The notes beneath the pieces were generated by a model. The model was not told where the DNA came from. It saw nothing but the letters and a program-made list of their open reading frames with translations, and made no database searches. 61,649 nucleotides of DNA. Source: Torpedo marmorata. Its lineage: Eukaryota. Each line of letters starts with the position of its first letter. Positions within the stretch are counted from its first letter, which is position 1. Of this stretch, positions 22,842 through 35,844 are shown one piece after another. The translations under genes were made by a program, and so were the position numbers. The stretch is from positions 64,294,001 through 64,355,649 of the forward strand of contig OZ360240.1 of assembly GCA_977017645.1 (NCBI GenBank), read 5' to 3'.

Positions 22842-24056
22842 ATGGATGTCGAACATTTTTTGGAATCACCTGAACCTGATACTTTAAAAAAGGCGAAAAA
22901 GCAACAGTTAGTGGCTATAGCAACAGAGTTGGGCATTGCTTCTGTAAAACCATCTATGAAAAAGTCAGAGATTGGGAGAAAAATAGTCAAATACTATATA
23001 AAAGAAAAAAAGTTTGAGGAGAGCATGTTAGAGCAGTTTCCCAAGGGTAAACCTTCTGAAAACATACAGTTGGAACTAAAGAAATTGGAATTGGAACAAA
23101 AGAAATTAGACACGGAATTGGAACTAAAGAGATATGAGAACGATGAGAGAAATAGGAGATATGAGCTGGAAAAGATGAGGTTGGAAAATGAGAGGAGACA
23201 ACAAGAGCACTAAAATCAAATTCGTCATCCTGCTGAGGGGTTTTTGGCTAGTAGAGAAGTTAGGTTGGTTCCTCCATTTGAGGAGGCAGAAATAGATAAG
23301 TACTTCCAACATTTTGAGAAGGTGGCTGTGAAATTAAAATGGCCACAAGACCAATGGTCTCTTATGTTACAAAGTGTAATAAAAGGAAAAGCTCAGCAAG
23401 CTTATTCTACTCTTACCACGGAGCAAGCTGCTGATTATGAAACGGTGAAAAAGGCTATACTCCAGGCTTATGAGTTAGTTCCAGAGGCTTATAGACAGAA
23501 GTTTAGAAATTTAAAAAGATCAGCAACCCAATCTTATACAGAGTTTGCCTATGAAAAAGTTGTGTGTTTTGACAGGTGGTGCACATCTAAGGCAGTAAAC
23601 AATGATTACAATCAATTGAGAGAATTGATAATAATCGAGGTGATAAAAAGGTGTGTTCCTGAGGATATTAAGGCATACTTAGATGAAAAGGAGGTGAAAA
23701 CTTGGCAAAATTCAGCTAAGTTAGCAGATGAATATGCTTTAACCCACAAGCCTAAGTGGACGTCAGGTAGAATTTTCCAAAAGGTCACTGTGGATAATCA
23801 GAAGCAAGTGGAAAGTAAATTTGGAAGTGGTGTTAAGGAAAGGGATGAAGGAAAGTGGAAAAGGGAAAACAATTCGGGTCCCATTTGCCACTACTGTAGG
23901 AAGGCTGGTCATATGCTAGCAAGCTGTCCAGTGTTGAAAAAGAAGAGAGAAAAGGATGCAACACCTAATGCTTGTATTCAGAGTGAGAAGATGCATACAC
24001 CCAGGAAGGAGATAAATTTACTGACAAAGTTAAAGATGTATTTAAACCTTTTGTGA
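22842..24056 (+). pseudogene. Gmr1 gag (SCAN-like capsid CTD, CCHC knuckle), with internal stop
   Basis: LVPPFEE; PEAYRQKFR...LRELIIIE...AKLADEY; CHYCRKAGHMLASC. Confidence 0.88.
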
Positions 24057-26633
24057 CTGATGGTTTTGTTTCAGTTAAGGCAGGATCAAAACAAGTGCCA
24101 GTGAAAATCTTGCGAGATACTGGAGCTGCTCAGTCACTTGTGTTAGATAGTGTCTTGGAATTTTGAGAAGCTACTGACACCGGTGACATAAATTTAATTA
24201 AAGGAATTGGTGGCGAAGTTGAGTCCATTCCTTTGCACAAAATAGTATTGGACTCAGACTTGGTGGAAGGACCAGTTATAATAGGAGTGAGATCAGAATT
24301 GCCAGTAGAAGGAGTCTCACTGTTGTTAGGCAATGACTTGGCCAAGGGTAAAGTAGTTCCTGCAGTGCGAATGACCACTAAGCCAGTCATTGATAAGTCA
24401 GAGAAAGACTCTGATATTTATCCGGCATGTGCCATAACCAGGGCCATGTCTAAGAAAAATGTCACTGTAGAAAAGGCAGAGGAAAATAACTTGGTAAAAG
24501 AAAAAGACAGTGATAATCAAGAAAACCTGGAAAAGGTTGAGCAATCTCCTATGTTACACCCATCCACTGATAAGACACCTAAAGGCACAGATTTGTCACT
24601 ATCCCGACAGGAGTTAATAGCAAGGCAAAAGGACGATCCTGATCTTGTTGAGGTGAGGGATAAGGTTCTCTATGAAGAGGAGATTAAAAAGGTGCCAGTA
24701 GGTTATTATGAAAAAGATGGGGTGTTGATGAGAAAGTGGAGACCACGTGATGTTCCTGCCAATGAAGAATGGGCAGTAGTGCAGCAGGTTGTGATCCCTA
24801 AAGTATATAGGGATGCAATAATAACTTTGGCTCATAGTACACCCTTAGGTGGTCACCTTGGGGTGAAGAAAACTATAAGGAAGATAATGAAACAATTTTA
24901 TTGGCCCAGTTTGAGAAGGGAGATTGTAAGCTTTTGCCGGGCCTGTCACACTTGTCAGGTGGTGGGTAAACCTAATCAGGGTCCCCCGGTGGCACCCTTC
25001 CAACCTATCCCTGCTTTCAGTGAGCCTTTCTCGAGAGTAATTGTGGACTGTGTTGGCCCATTGCCCAAAACCAAAGCGGGAAATGAGTATTTGTTAACAA
25101 TTATGTGTGCAGCCACCAGATTTCCAGAGGCCATTCCTCTGAGAAACATAAAAGCAAAGTCAATTGTAAAGGCTATGGTAATGTTTTTCACCTTGGTAGG
25201 TTTGGAAGGGAAATTCAATCAGATCAGGGCAGTAATTTCATGTCAGGCGTTTTCCAACAAGTGGTTGATGGACTAGGAGTTAAACAGATTGTATCCTCTG
25301 CGTACCATCCAGAAAGTCAAGGGGCCTTGGAGAGGTTCCATTCGACTTTGAAAACCATGATTAGAACCTATTGTTGTGAGAAGGAAAAGGATTGGGATGA
25401 GGGGGTTCATTTGTTGTTATTTGCAGCGAGGGAGTCTGTCCAAGACTCACTTGGTTTTAGTCCATTCGAGTTAGTTTTCGGACATGAGGTGAGAGGTCCT
25501 TTAAGATTATTAAAAGAACAGTGGATTAATAGTGATGTGCATTTAAATCTGTTAGATTATGTTTCCAAATTTAAGGATCGGTTACATAGGGCTTGTGAGA
25601 TGGCAAAGGAGAATTTAAGGCCACTCAACGGAGAATGAAGGTTTGGTATGATCGAAAGGCGAAGATGAGAACTTTTAAACCTTGTGAGAACGTATTAGTT
25701 CTGTTTCCCATCCATTCAAATCCTCTTAGGGCTAGATTTTCAGGACCCTATAGAGTTAAGTCAAAAATTAATGATGTCACCTATGTCATAGAAACACCTA
25801 ATCGCAGATGAGACACACAGGTCTGTCATGTGAATATGATTGAGCCGTATTTTGAACAGGTGCCTCAAAAAGGGACTGAACATTTACCAGAGGTACTGGT
25901 TATTGATCAGGGTAAGGAGGAGACCGATGAAACCAGTTTCAGAGAGGGTCATGGGACTGTTAATTCTCTGAGTTATGTTGTAGGACAGGGGAAGTTGGCG
26001 CCAGTAGAGGCAAAGGTTGTCGCTATTTCCGAGTTCCCTGTTCCAACTGGTAAGAAAACTCTGAGGAGGTTCCTGGGAATGATTGGCTACTACCGCAAGT
26101 TCTGTAAAAACTTTGCTGATCTTGCGCTCCCTCTCACAAAGTTGCTTAGAAAGAAAGAAAAATTTGTATGGTCTACAGGTTGTCAGGAAGCATTTGTCAA
26201 ATTGAAAACCATGTTATGCCACCAACCTGTGCTTAAGTCACCTAATTTAGAACAGCCGTTTTCTTTAGCCGTGGATGCCAGCGATGAAGCTGTGGGTGCG
26301 GTGCTGTTACAGAAGAAGAACGAAGAGGACATTGACCATCCGGTATCCTACTTCTCGAAGAAGTTCAATGATCATCAAAGGAATTATTCAACTATAGAAA
26401 AAGAGTTGTTAGCTCTTGTGTTGGCTCTACAACACTTTGATGTGTATATCTGTACAGCTCAAAAACCACTCATAGTGTATACTGACCATAATCCATTGGT
26501 TTTTCTTTGTAAAATGAAAAATAAGAATCGACGGTTGTTGAATTGGAGTCTAATTTTGCAAGAATATAATTTGGTAATCACTCATATAAAAGGGAAAGAT
26601 AATGTAATTGCTGATTGTCTTTCTAGATGTTAA
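24057..26633 (+). pseudogene. Gmr1 pol remnant: protease, integrase, RT C-terminal part and RNase H
   Basis: ILRDTGAAQS (~24107); AHSTPLGGHLG...CRACHTC, IVDCVGP, QSDQGSNF, ESQGALERFH; RRFLGMIGYYRKF, AVDASD, IEKELLA, YTDHNPL, ADCLSR; no YxDD motif. Confidence 0.88.
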
Positions 26634-28250
26634 CCTTTATCAATGAAAATAGTTCATATTTTGTATTTGTGGATGAACATTGTAGATTTTGTTTATATTC
26701 TGACACCTCAATTACTTTCCTAAATTTTGTTCTTGCAGACCAAAATTTCCTTTGTGGGTGGGAGGTGTTATGGACCATGACTGACCATTTGGACTGCGGA
26801 CGGTCAGCAGGAAGGATGAAGTCTTTTGGAGTATACACTGGGGCCAGGTACTGAAAGAGTTAACTTCCACAGGACTTGGTGTACCCAGACAGAGAGAGAG
26901 ACAAGCTGTGGACAAAGATACATTGTTGCACTTTTGGTGTACCCAGACAGAGAAAGACCAGAGAGAGAGAGACAGACTGTGGACAAGATACATTTGTTGC
27001 ACTTTTGCAAAAAGCAGGTGTAGATCTCTACAAGATGCAGACAGTTGTAAGTTGCAAAGGCTAGAGAACACAGCCAAATCCAGGCATGTGCATAGTCAGA
27101 GAAAAGACTGGCAGAATAGCACATGGCCTCCTGTCTCAGAGAAATTCTGAGAAAAAGCAACTTCTGTGGAGAACAGGCTTGAGATCAACGAGACTAGCTG
27201 TGAGATTCAAGCATACGCCTAAATCAGTGGTATACTGATCTGAACTCGAAATCCTTATGAACGTACCAGAAGGGGACGTCATCAGAGAAGAAAACAAGTA
27301 TTTGTAAGCATAAACAGTCATTGTCTCTCTCCAACCTTCATTCAGAAGTACTTCTACCAGACACAGAGCTGAATTTGAAGCCTGAACGTAGAGAGTGAAT
27401 TTTGTAGACTGTATTATCCTTTTTTTTGACTGACTTGTTTTTTATGACTGACCTGGGGTTTTTGGGGAAAGTTTTTCCATTTTTACATAAGGGTTGGGCA
27501 CAGACTGTAATGGTCTGGGCTTTACACACACACACACACACCTTTTAGATAAGAATAGTGTTTATAGACGTTTATAGTGGGGTTAATTGTTGTGAAATTA
27601 TATGTTTAATTGTGTTTAATAAATATAAATTTCAATTTTACCCCTTTTGCATTGCGTCTTCTGTCGTTGCTGGTTTGATTTTGTAACACATGATATTTTC
27701 ACTTCAGATCAAGCTATTAATTTCTCGGAAGGAACTGAGACTGAATTGAAAGTTGCAAAATTGGATTTGGAATTTCAGGAAAAGGCAATAGACACCAGAG
27801 TGGTTAAAGAGACTTGTTTATTAAAATCGAGAGGATCAGATAAATATTCAAATTCTGGTTCTAAGAGTTTAAATTCTTCATACGAGAAGTGGAATGCTGA
27901 AGAGAGGAATAAAGTGAAACGACATGCTGAAGTAGTATCTCCTGTTAAATTCAAAAGAAAATCTATCTATTTTGTCTATGGAAGATTTGAGGTTTACTGG
28001 TCGACGTTTTAACTCAAAGATTCTGGAGATAAAAGAACTTTGAAAAATACAAACTGACTTTATTTTGTTGTTGTATACTACACAGGTTACGGACTTTTAT
28101 TGATCCAGAGTTATGGTAAACTCTGGTCTTGAGAAGAAAGAAGAAAGAAGATTGGATATTGTTTGAATGTTATATGGTTATTTTTATTTGTAATTGATTG
28201 TGTAATTATTATTTAAGACATTGCGTCTAATTATAAAAATTAGGGGTCGG

Positions 28251-28825
28251 TGTAAGAGCCGTAGGCTTGGTTACTTACCGTAATCGCGGCATTCCGATGG
28301 TCTCAGCGGGTTTCGGAGGAGACACGGAGATTAGTAGTCCGTGCTGGGCCTATTTAGTACTCTGCGCATGAGCGGGAGTGCCGATGGGCGCATGTGCAGT
28401 GGGGAAGTGGCTGGAGCATGCGCTGTGGGGAAGCGAGTGCAGTATGCGCGGTGGAGTTTGCGCGGTGGAGTATGCGTGAATCGAGGGAGAAGAAGTAGTA
28501 CAAGAATATGGCGACTTAGAAGAGGGCGAGTGAGATCATCATAGCTTTCATTGACCGTTTAAAGTAACGTTTAAAACCACGTTTAAAGCCACGTTTAAAG
28601 GAACGTTTAAAGGAGTGTTTGAAGAATCGTTATTAAGCATCGTTATTAAGAATTGTTTATATTTCGTTAAATAAGATATTTAAGTCATTGAACATTGCTA
28701 CAAGTTATCATGTGTAAATAAAGTTTTGAACCGATTGGACTTGTTAGTAAATTAATTGAAACGCGTCAAGAACAAGTATCTCACCTAGCCTCCAAGTGAC
28801 TATTTGTTGGATTGAAGTCACTATA
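28251..28825 (+). repeat. BEL 3' LTR (575 bp)
   Basis: Copy of the 5' LTR with only three 14-bp units (28437-28478). Confidence 0.92.
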
Positions 28826-28918
28826 CCTTCTTCTCCAAGTAATCAACACTCAATGTAAAACACATAGGAAAGCAGGGGCTTCATCTGCACTGATGCATGA
28901 AGTGGCCATGCTCCTGCC

Positions 28919-29173
28919 TGTAGCGCGATCAATGACCACTCGCAGACACGAAGCAAGTAATCAAAGGCTTTATTAATCAGAAAACCCAGGCATGCTCTAC
29001 ATGCTGCTGGCTCACGTCCAAGGCAGGTATGAGGGAGAAGACTAAGGCTCTCAGCCTTTATTAGGGGATCTTATGGGGAGGGGCAACAGGTACAGAAGGT
29101 GGGCCAGACCGCCCAGCCCAGTGAGTCAGTGAGGACATGCCCAGACATGCCCGCAGTACCGTGTTCCACCACA
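28919..29173 (-). mobile_element. Solo LTR, related in layout to the Mag-like LTRs
   Basis: TG...CA termini; TSD CTGCC (28914-28918, 29174-29178); two minus-strand AATAAA motifs placed as in the 55310 LTR. Confidence 0.8.
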
Positions 29174-29240
29174 CTGCCTATCTCCAATCCTATATCTCTT
29201 GACGCTGTTGAAACCCAGAGTGTATTAACGAGGGATCAGT

Positions 29241-29836
29241 AGCCCTTTTTATGGTGCAACCCCACTTTAAAGCCGTCTCAAGAAAAAAAATAAAAAGGTG
29301 AACTTACTTTTTATGGTGACGACCTATATGACGTTTCCAACATTGTCTTTATGCTGAGCTGCGTCGGGAGCCAGCTTCCCGATCTGAGGGAGGCAGGGTG
29401 AGTGGTGCAGTACCGCCCCCTGCCACCATGACGTCAAACGTACGCGCCGAGAAGGGAAAGCGGCCTATACCCAATAATGGCGACCGAAGAGCAGGTAAGA
29501 GCGCTGGTGGAGATCTGTGCAGGCAGTCTTAGGACTCAGACAGATCTCCTGCGCAGCGTAATTAGCTCTACATTTTACTTAAAAATTGCGCTCTTGGGTC
29601 GCGGGCTGACGGCGTCATCGTGACGTCATCAGCCCTCCCCTTTCCAGCCGCTTTCAGTGGCTTTCGTTTTATGGAGGAGGTGGAGAGATTCTCTCCACCT
29701 CTGTGTCTACCTCCTAGGCGGATCAGAGTACGCCTTGCCAATCCGCCATCGGACTTTTTATGGAGGTAAGTGAGGCGACTTAAAGACAGAAATGTTCTGT
29801 CTTTGCAGTCGCTTTCTTTGCACTATAAAAGGGGCT
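29241..29836. mobile_element. Non-autonomous DNA transposon (PIF/Harbinger-like MITE)
   Basis: TIRs AGCCCTTTTTATGGTGCAA and TTGCACTATAAAAGGGGCT (17/19 match); internal TTTTATGG repeats; no clear TSD. Confidence 0.6.
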
Positions 29837-30679
29837 CTTGTTTTGGACAGAATCATAAAAAATTATAAAAATCATTTAAAAAATTAAAGTCATGCAGCAG
29901 AGAAACAGGCCCTTCAGCCCATGTATAAATACCCATCTATACTCACCCCATTTGCCAGAATTTTGCCAGCCTGCTTTACACTTTGTTGTGAAATACTTAT
30001 CTCGGTCTGTTTTAGCCTTTTATGATAGAATAATCAACATTCTGTCAACCATGCATAAGAAAACCCTTCTTCTACATTCCACCTTTGCTTGTACAGAGTT
30101 AACTTTCGGACATATTATCTTCATAGAAAATAAAAGCAAATCCTTCCATATATTGCTGCTTGCCTTATTCCCATCAATAGCGTTATGCAAAATGAATTGG
30201 TTCTGGTCATGCTGAAAGAGGGTAAAATTCATTGTTATTTTCATTGTTCCCTTTTTCTTTAAAGTTTCTTTTCCTGCAGATTCTTCTTAGCTCACAAGCA
30301 TCAGAGGTTTGGGCTTCCACTTCATCCACGAGAAGTCCTTTCGACTGGATCATCCTTCATGTGTGAGCAACACAGTGAATCACTTGGCACTGAAGTAGGA
30401 AGACACACACATGTACAAACTGAAAGCAGGCAGTCACTCCACTGCCAGAGTGCTGATGGTGAACCGTCTCAACTGGACAAAACTTTGGCCTATAATTACC
30501 CTCCTGACAACAACATTCCCTACCCCTCGCCTCCTCTTCAATTCTTCTCTGACTCCCGAAAACGAGAAGATTTCTGATTCTCACTCTGTGGCTCTGTGCA
30601 GTATTACAGAGAGAGAAGAAAAACCCAGATGACAAAGTTAAATGATAAAAGCACAGCAGAGAAAATCTGTTCTCAGGAG

Positions 30680-31240
30680 GGAATCACGAAGAAGGCTCAC
30701 TAGCGGTTATACTTTGTGAGGTGTTTGAGGAGATTCGGTATGTCACCGAAGACTCTCGTAAACTTCTACAGGTGTACCGTGGAGAGCATTCTGGCTGGTT
30801 GCATCACTGCCTGGTATGGAGGTGCCAACTCTCAGGACAAGAATAAACTCCAGAGGGTTGCTAGCTCGGCCTGTGACATCACGGGCACCAGTCTTCACTC
30901 CATCGAGGACATCTACATGAGGCGGTGTCTTAATAAAGCAGCCTTTATCCTCAAGGACCCCCACCACCCAGGCCATGCCCTCTTCACTCTGCTACCATCG
31001 GGAACAAGGTACAGGAGCCTAAAGACGAGCACTCAACGGCACAAGGACAGCTTCTTCCCCGCTGCCATCAGATTCCTGAATGATCAATGAACCAAAGACA
31101 CTGCCTTACTTTGACTTTTCGTGCACTATTTTTATTTATTTTTTGTAAGGTGGTTTATATGAATGTTTGCACTATGATGTTGCCGCAAAACAACGAATTT
31201 CGTGACTTGTTCATGACAATAAATTCTGATTCTGATTCTG
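30680..31240 (+). mobile_element. Rex1/Babar LINE 3' part
   Basis: LRRFGMSPKTLVNFYRCTVESILAGCITAWYG...LKDPHHPGHALFTLLPSG...DSFFPAAIRFLN; (ATTCTG)n tail. Confidence 0.88.
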
Positions 31241-31289
31241 AAACCTGGCAACAAGTTCTCTGCAAATAAGTAAGTTCAAGTTTATTAAG

Positions 31290-31548
31290 GTGTCGACCGG
31301 TTGGCGTAGCGGTTAGTACAATGCTATTACAGCGCCAGCGATCGGGTCCGGGGTTCGAATCCGGCGCTGTCTGTAAGGAGTTTGTACGTCCTCTCCATGT
31401 CTGCGTGGGTTTTCCCCGGGGGCTCCGGTTTCCTCCCACTCTTCAAATGTACCGGGTGTGTAGGTTAATTGGGTGTAATTGGATGGCATGGGCTTGTGGG
31501 CCAAAAGGGCCTGTTACTGTGCTGCATGTCTAAATGTAATTTTTTTTA
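31290..31548 (+). mobile_element. HE1/V-type SINE
   Basis: Homologous to 166-445. Confidence 0.88.
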
Positions 31549-32374
31549 AAATTATCATCTCACTGTACATATAGAACCAGACGAAATAGCATTTCACCTG
31601 ACCACAATGCACACACATACACACATAATACATAGCACATACATACATACATACTCACATACATACAGTACATAAAGATATAATATAAAATAAATATATT
31701 TAAATATTTTGTAATTATTTACTTTGTTTAATTTATAAGAGACCCAAGGTTATGGGATAGCATTCATCAATCTCACAGCCTGCAGTAAGAAGCTATTTCT
31801 CAACCTCACAGTCCTGATTTTGTTGCTTCTGAACCTTTTTCCTGATGGTAGTGGGTCAAAGATACAATTAGAACTTTGGGACTACAATATCACTAACTTA
31901 AAGAACTTACACAAGAATGTCACATCTAAAAGAAAGACAAATGTGGGATTTTTCAATGGTAATTTCCAGATCGAATTATTCTTATCCAACAAAGTGATTG
32001 GTACCATGACCCCTTCTGAAGCCCAATGACAGATGCAATGGGCCTCATCCAAAAACTCACCTTCTCGCAGAGACCCCTTTTCTCCAACCACCATGGATTC
32101 CCCTCACTTCCTTTCACTTCCATGCACACACCTAATCCCCTGTCCCACCCCTGGAGCCAAAGACAGGAGATACAGCCTTCATCTCATGCTGAGGGAACTG
32201 TCTGATCTTCACCACATAGCTTGTGCATCTCAAGGGTTGCAATCCTGCTCATGCAATGGGAGTGATGCCATGAGAATGAAGGCTAGACCTATTCTAGCTT
32301 GTCTGTGAAAACACCAATATATCAGCCAGACTCTGAATGTCGACTGGTTTCTCCAGCAATTTTATGTATTGCAC

Positions 32375-32797
32375 AAGCAATAGGTGGATGCAGGTGTGAG
32401 GATAGAAGAGAAAGAAGCTGAGAGGGGGAGAGGGCAGAGGGCCAAGAAGAGTAGCTCTCTGAAGGGAGAAGGAAGGGAAGGGGGTGGGGAGCTGTATGAA
32501 AGGAGACAGTGGGGTAGGGAAAGAGAGAGACCAGTGGAAGGGCTTAACGGAAATTGGAGGAGTTGATATTAATGCCGTCTGGTTGGAGAGTGCTGAGACC
32601 GAATATAAGGTGTTGTTCCTCCAATTTGTGGGTGGCCTCGATTTGGCAGTACATGAGGCCATGGTCAGACATGTCAGTGTGGCAATGGTGTGTGGAATTA
32701 AAATGATTGGTTACTGGGAGATCCTTGCTGTTGCAGCAGACAGAGCAAAGATGCTCAATTAAGCAATCTCCCAGTCTCTGTCCAGTCTCCCCAATAG
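32375..32797 (-). mobile_element. Penelope GIY-YIG fragment
   Basis: IGETGQRLGDCLIEH...PVTNHFN...EEQHLIFGLSTLQPDGIN. Confidence 0.8.
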
Positions 32798-33412
32798 TAA
32801 ATCCTGCCTGCATGTCCCTTGTATCTGTTAAGCACTTCAAAACTTAATTCACAGCACTTCTGAAATGATAAAATGCAGCAAAACGTAAAGGTCCAAATTC
32901 CGCTGGTGTAAAGGAAATACAGCATTAACTTGAAACACATTGAAAGGACCCTCCTTACATCTCAAGCTCAGCAGAAAGAATTGCCCTCTAATATTCATGA
33001 GCTTCACACCATCGTCATTTTGATTTATTTTAATACCAAGTTTAATAGCCTTGCACAAAAGAAAAACAGAACAGGCATTTAACTGGTAGTTCACTGTGTA
33101 TTTTTATTTCATTGAAGCTGAGGAAAGGATTTCTGATAATATCTGACAAAACAAATTGAAAGATAAGCTTATTCCCACAGAATCTGCTGTGAGTGGAATC
33201 CCAAGGGAGAATGATAGAACATAGAACAAAGAACATGACAGCACACGATGTTGTGCAACCCAATGGAAATCTACTCCACAACAATCTAATCCTTCCCTAC
33301 CTCATACCCATTATTTTTCTTACATCCATCTAAGTTTTTTGAATGTCCCTATTGTACCAGCCACCACCACCACCCCTGACAATGCATTCCAGGCACCCAC
33401 CACTCTTTGTGG

Positions 33413-33540
33413 TGTTATGGACCATGACTGTCCATTTGGACTGCGGACGGTCAGCAGGAAGGATGAATTCTTTTGGAGTACACACTGGGACCAGGTACTG
33501 AAGAGTTAACTTGCCCAGGACTGGGTGTGCTCAGAGAGAG

Positions 33541-33585
<45 letters not shown>

Positions 33586-34312
33586 CTGTGGAAAGATACT
33601 TTGTTGACACTTTTGCAAAAGCAGGTGAAAATCTCTGCAAAAAAAGCATTCAGTTTTGAGTTGCAAGAGGCTGAAGCAACAACACCAAATCCAGGTTTGT
33701 GCATTCCAGCAGAAAAGGCTGGGAGAATCACACATGGCCTCCTTTATCAGCAAAATCCTGAGATAAAGCAACTTTTGTGGAGAACAGGCGTGAGATCAGT
33801 GAGACCGGCTGTGAGATCCAAGTATACGCCTCAATCAAAACTGATTTGGAATCGCAATCATTGTGCACCTACCAAAAGGGAAAGTCATCAGGGAAGAAAA
33901 GCAGGCCAAGCATTCATAATCTTAAACAGTCATTGTCTCTCTGTCCAACGTTCATTAAGAAGTCCTTCGTGCCAGCGCACAGAACTGAATTTGAACCCTG
34001 AACATAGAGAGTGATTTTTGTGGACTGTATTTTTGGGACTGACTTATTTTTATGACTGACCTGGGGTCTTGGGGAAGGTTTTCCATTTTTACATGAGGGT
34101 TGGGCACAGACTGTAATGGTCTGGGCTTTACACACACACACACTCACACACACACACGCACACTCTCTTTTGATAAGAATAGTGTTTATAGACGTTTATA
34201 GTGGGGTTAATTGTTAAGAAATTATATGTTTAATTGTCTTTAATAAATATAAATTTCAATTTTACCCCTTTTGCATTGCGTCTTCTGTTGTTGCTGGTTT
34301 GATTTTGTAACA
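33413..34312 (+). mobile_element. Solo LTR of the Gmr1-like family, inside a minus-strand CR1 3' end
   Basis: TGTTAT...GTAACA; TSD GTGG (33409-33412, 34313-34316). Confidence 0.92.
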
Positions 34313-35844
34313 GTGGAAAAAACTTACCTCTGACGTCTCCCCTGAACTTTCCTCAATTCACCTTGAACAGATGACCTCTGGTATTTGCTACTGTTGCCTG
34401 TCATTTGCTATTGTCATCTTGTGCTGCAGTTAACCATTGAAAATCATCCAAAGAAATTAGCTGCAAAGGTAATTGTCAACCTGAACCAAAAACTGCCAGG
34501 CACAAGCTGGGGAGCACTTGGGTCAGTGCTACAGATTCCTGTAATCGTACACTCAGGATCACGATAGAGGCGTGCTTGAATTCAACTGAGAACTGCAGTG
34601 CGGTGCATCAGTGGAGCCTTGAAGTTTGTTCCATCACCCTGACTACCCCTGCTGACAATTAGTGTTCCCTATCCTCTCCTCACATTGCTCACCTTCTGCA
34701 AAGTCCAGTCAGTCGAGGGAAACCAGCAAATCCCTGTCCACCAAGATCGAGCCAGTTTTCCCTCCCGTCATTTGCATCTGCCTCTGGGGGCACACGTAAA
34801 CAGACCTTGGCAGATGGGTATACTTGAGGCACCAAAATATGCACTTGTGGTCATCGGGAACATCTGCTGCCTGACTTCCTGCTCGATCCAAAAATAAAAA
34901 GGTATCAAATCAATATTCCCTGCTACCTTTGACAAAATTGCTTGGTTTAAACATCTCAATTATTGCAGTTTCCCTACAGATAGCCCAACCACATGAATGA
35001 TGATTGACATGCAACACCACCTCAGTTTCTTTCTCACAGAAGCTGCTTGACCTGCTGAGTATTTCACGGTCATGGAGTTATAGAGAGCCCATTAAGTTCA
35101 CAGCGACTTTCAAGCACACATTATTACACCAACTCCTTCTCTAACCCGCTTTATTATCTCCACATTTTCATCAACACCCCTCCCCCACCCCCCCTCCCCC
35201 ACCCCTCCCCCACCCCACCCCCCTCCCACCCCAGATTCTGCACTCTAGGAGCAATTTGCAGCATCAAATGAACCCAGCAACTTCATGTCTTTGGGGTATG
35301 AGAGGGGAAACCCAAGTGGTCACAGGGGGGAACAGGCAAATTCCACTCACAGACAGCACCAGTGGTCTAGATTGAACCCAGGTCACAGGAGCAAGTCCAG
35401 CACCTTATGTTTTTGTTTCAGGTTTCCTGCATCTGTGGCATTTTCCTTTTACAATTTGTCTCACGCTTGAGACCTACCTCTCTGACATCATGATCAAGAG
35501 ACTCAGAGCAACATTAACATGGTCAACAGGCTGCCAATTCTGGCCATTCTATTTAGACAGTAATCCATCAATAAACAGAAGAGTAAACATCCGTTGTGCT
35601 TTGTTTATTAACGTTCCTCAGATGCATTTAATTTATTCTGCTGGCAAATTTTATCTCTTATTTCTGAGTGATCATTTCCAAAAGTTTTACTTCCTATTCT
35701 TTCATTAAATAACCTGATAGTGTTTCCAGTATTTTTATTTCTTGAGAGGCACAAGGGAAATTCTGAAGAGAATTGTTAACTGATTCATAAGTTGTTTCAA
35801 GGCAGAGTAGAAAGTACAGGAACAGGAGTCAGGGGAGTTAGTGG

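Larger units (their letters stand above)
21811..27688 (+). mobile_element. Gmr1-like gypsy LTR retrotransposon, RT-deleted, nested in BEL
   Basis: LTRs 21811-22710 and 26766-27688 (TGTTAT...GTAACA); TSD CATG (21807-21810, 27689-27692); PPT-like GGGTGGGAGG; order gag-PR-IN-RT thumb/RH. Confidence 0.93.
14518..28825 (+). mobile_element. BEL/Pao LTR retrotransposon, non-autonomous (gag-protease, no RT/RH/IN), with nested Gmr1 element
   Basis: Two homologous LTRs; 5-bp TSD CCTTC (14513-14517, 28826-28830); PPT-like AATTAGGGGTCGG before the 3' LTR; BEL-type gag, triple zinc knuckle and protease. Confidence 0.92.

Noticed and set aside
27647-28012. 121-aa ORF after the nested element as a continuation of the cargo or an env gene
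   Set aside because: Starts inside the Gmr1 LTR; rejoining the target site gives a stop in the cargo frame; no hydrophobic segment or known motif.
33451-34153. Short ORFs repeated in the Gmr1-family LTRs (also near 1000-1800, 21800-22500, 26700-27500, 36000-36700)
   Set aside because: Frames are not conserved between copies and show no recognisable domain.
35177-35232. C-rich tract, potential G-quadruplex on the minus strand
   Set aside because: Low-complexity expansion inside a decayed SINE with no sign of function.
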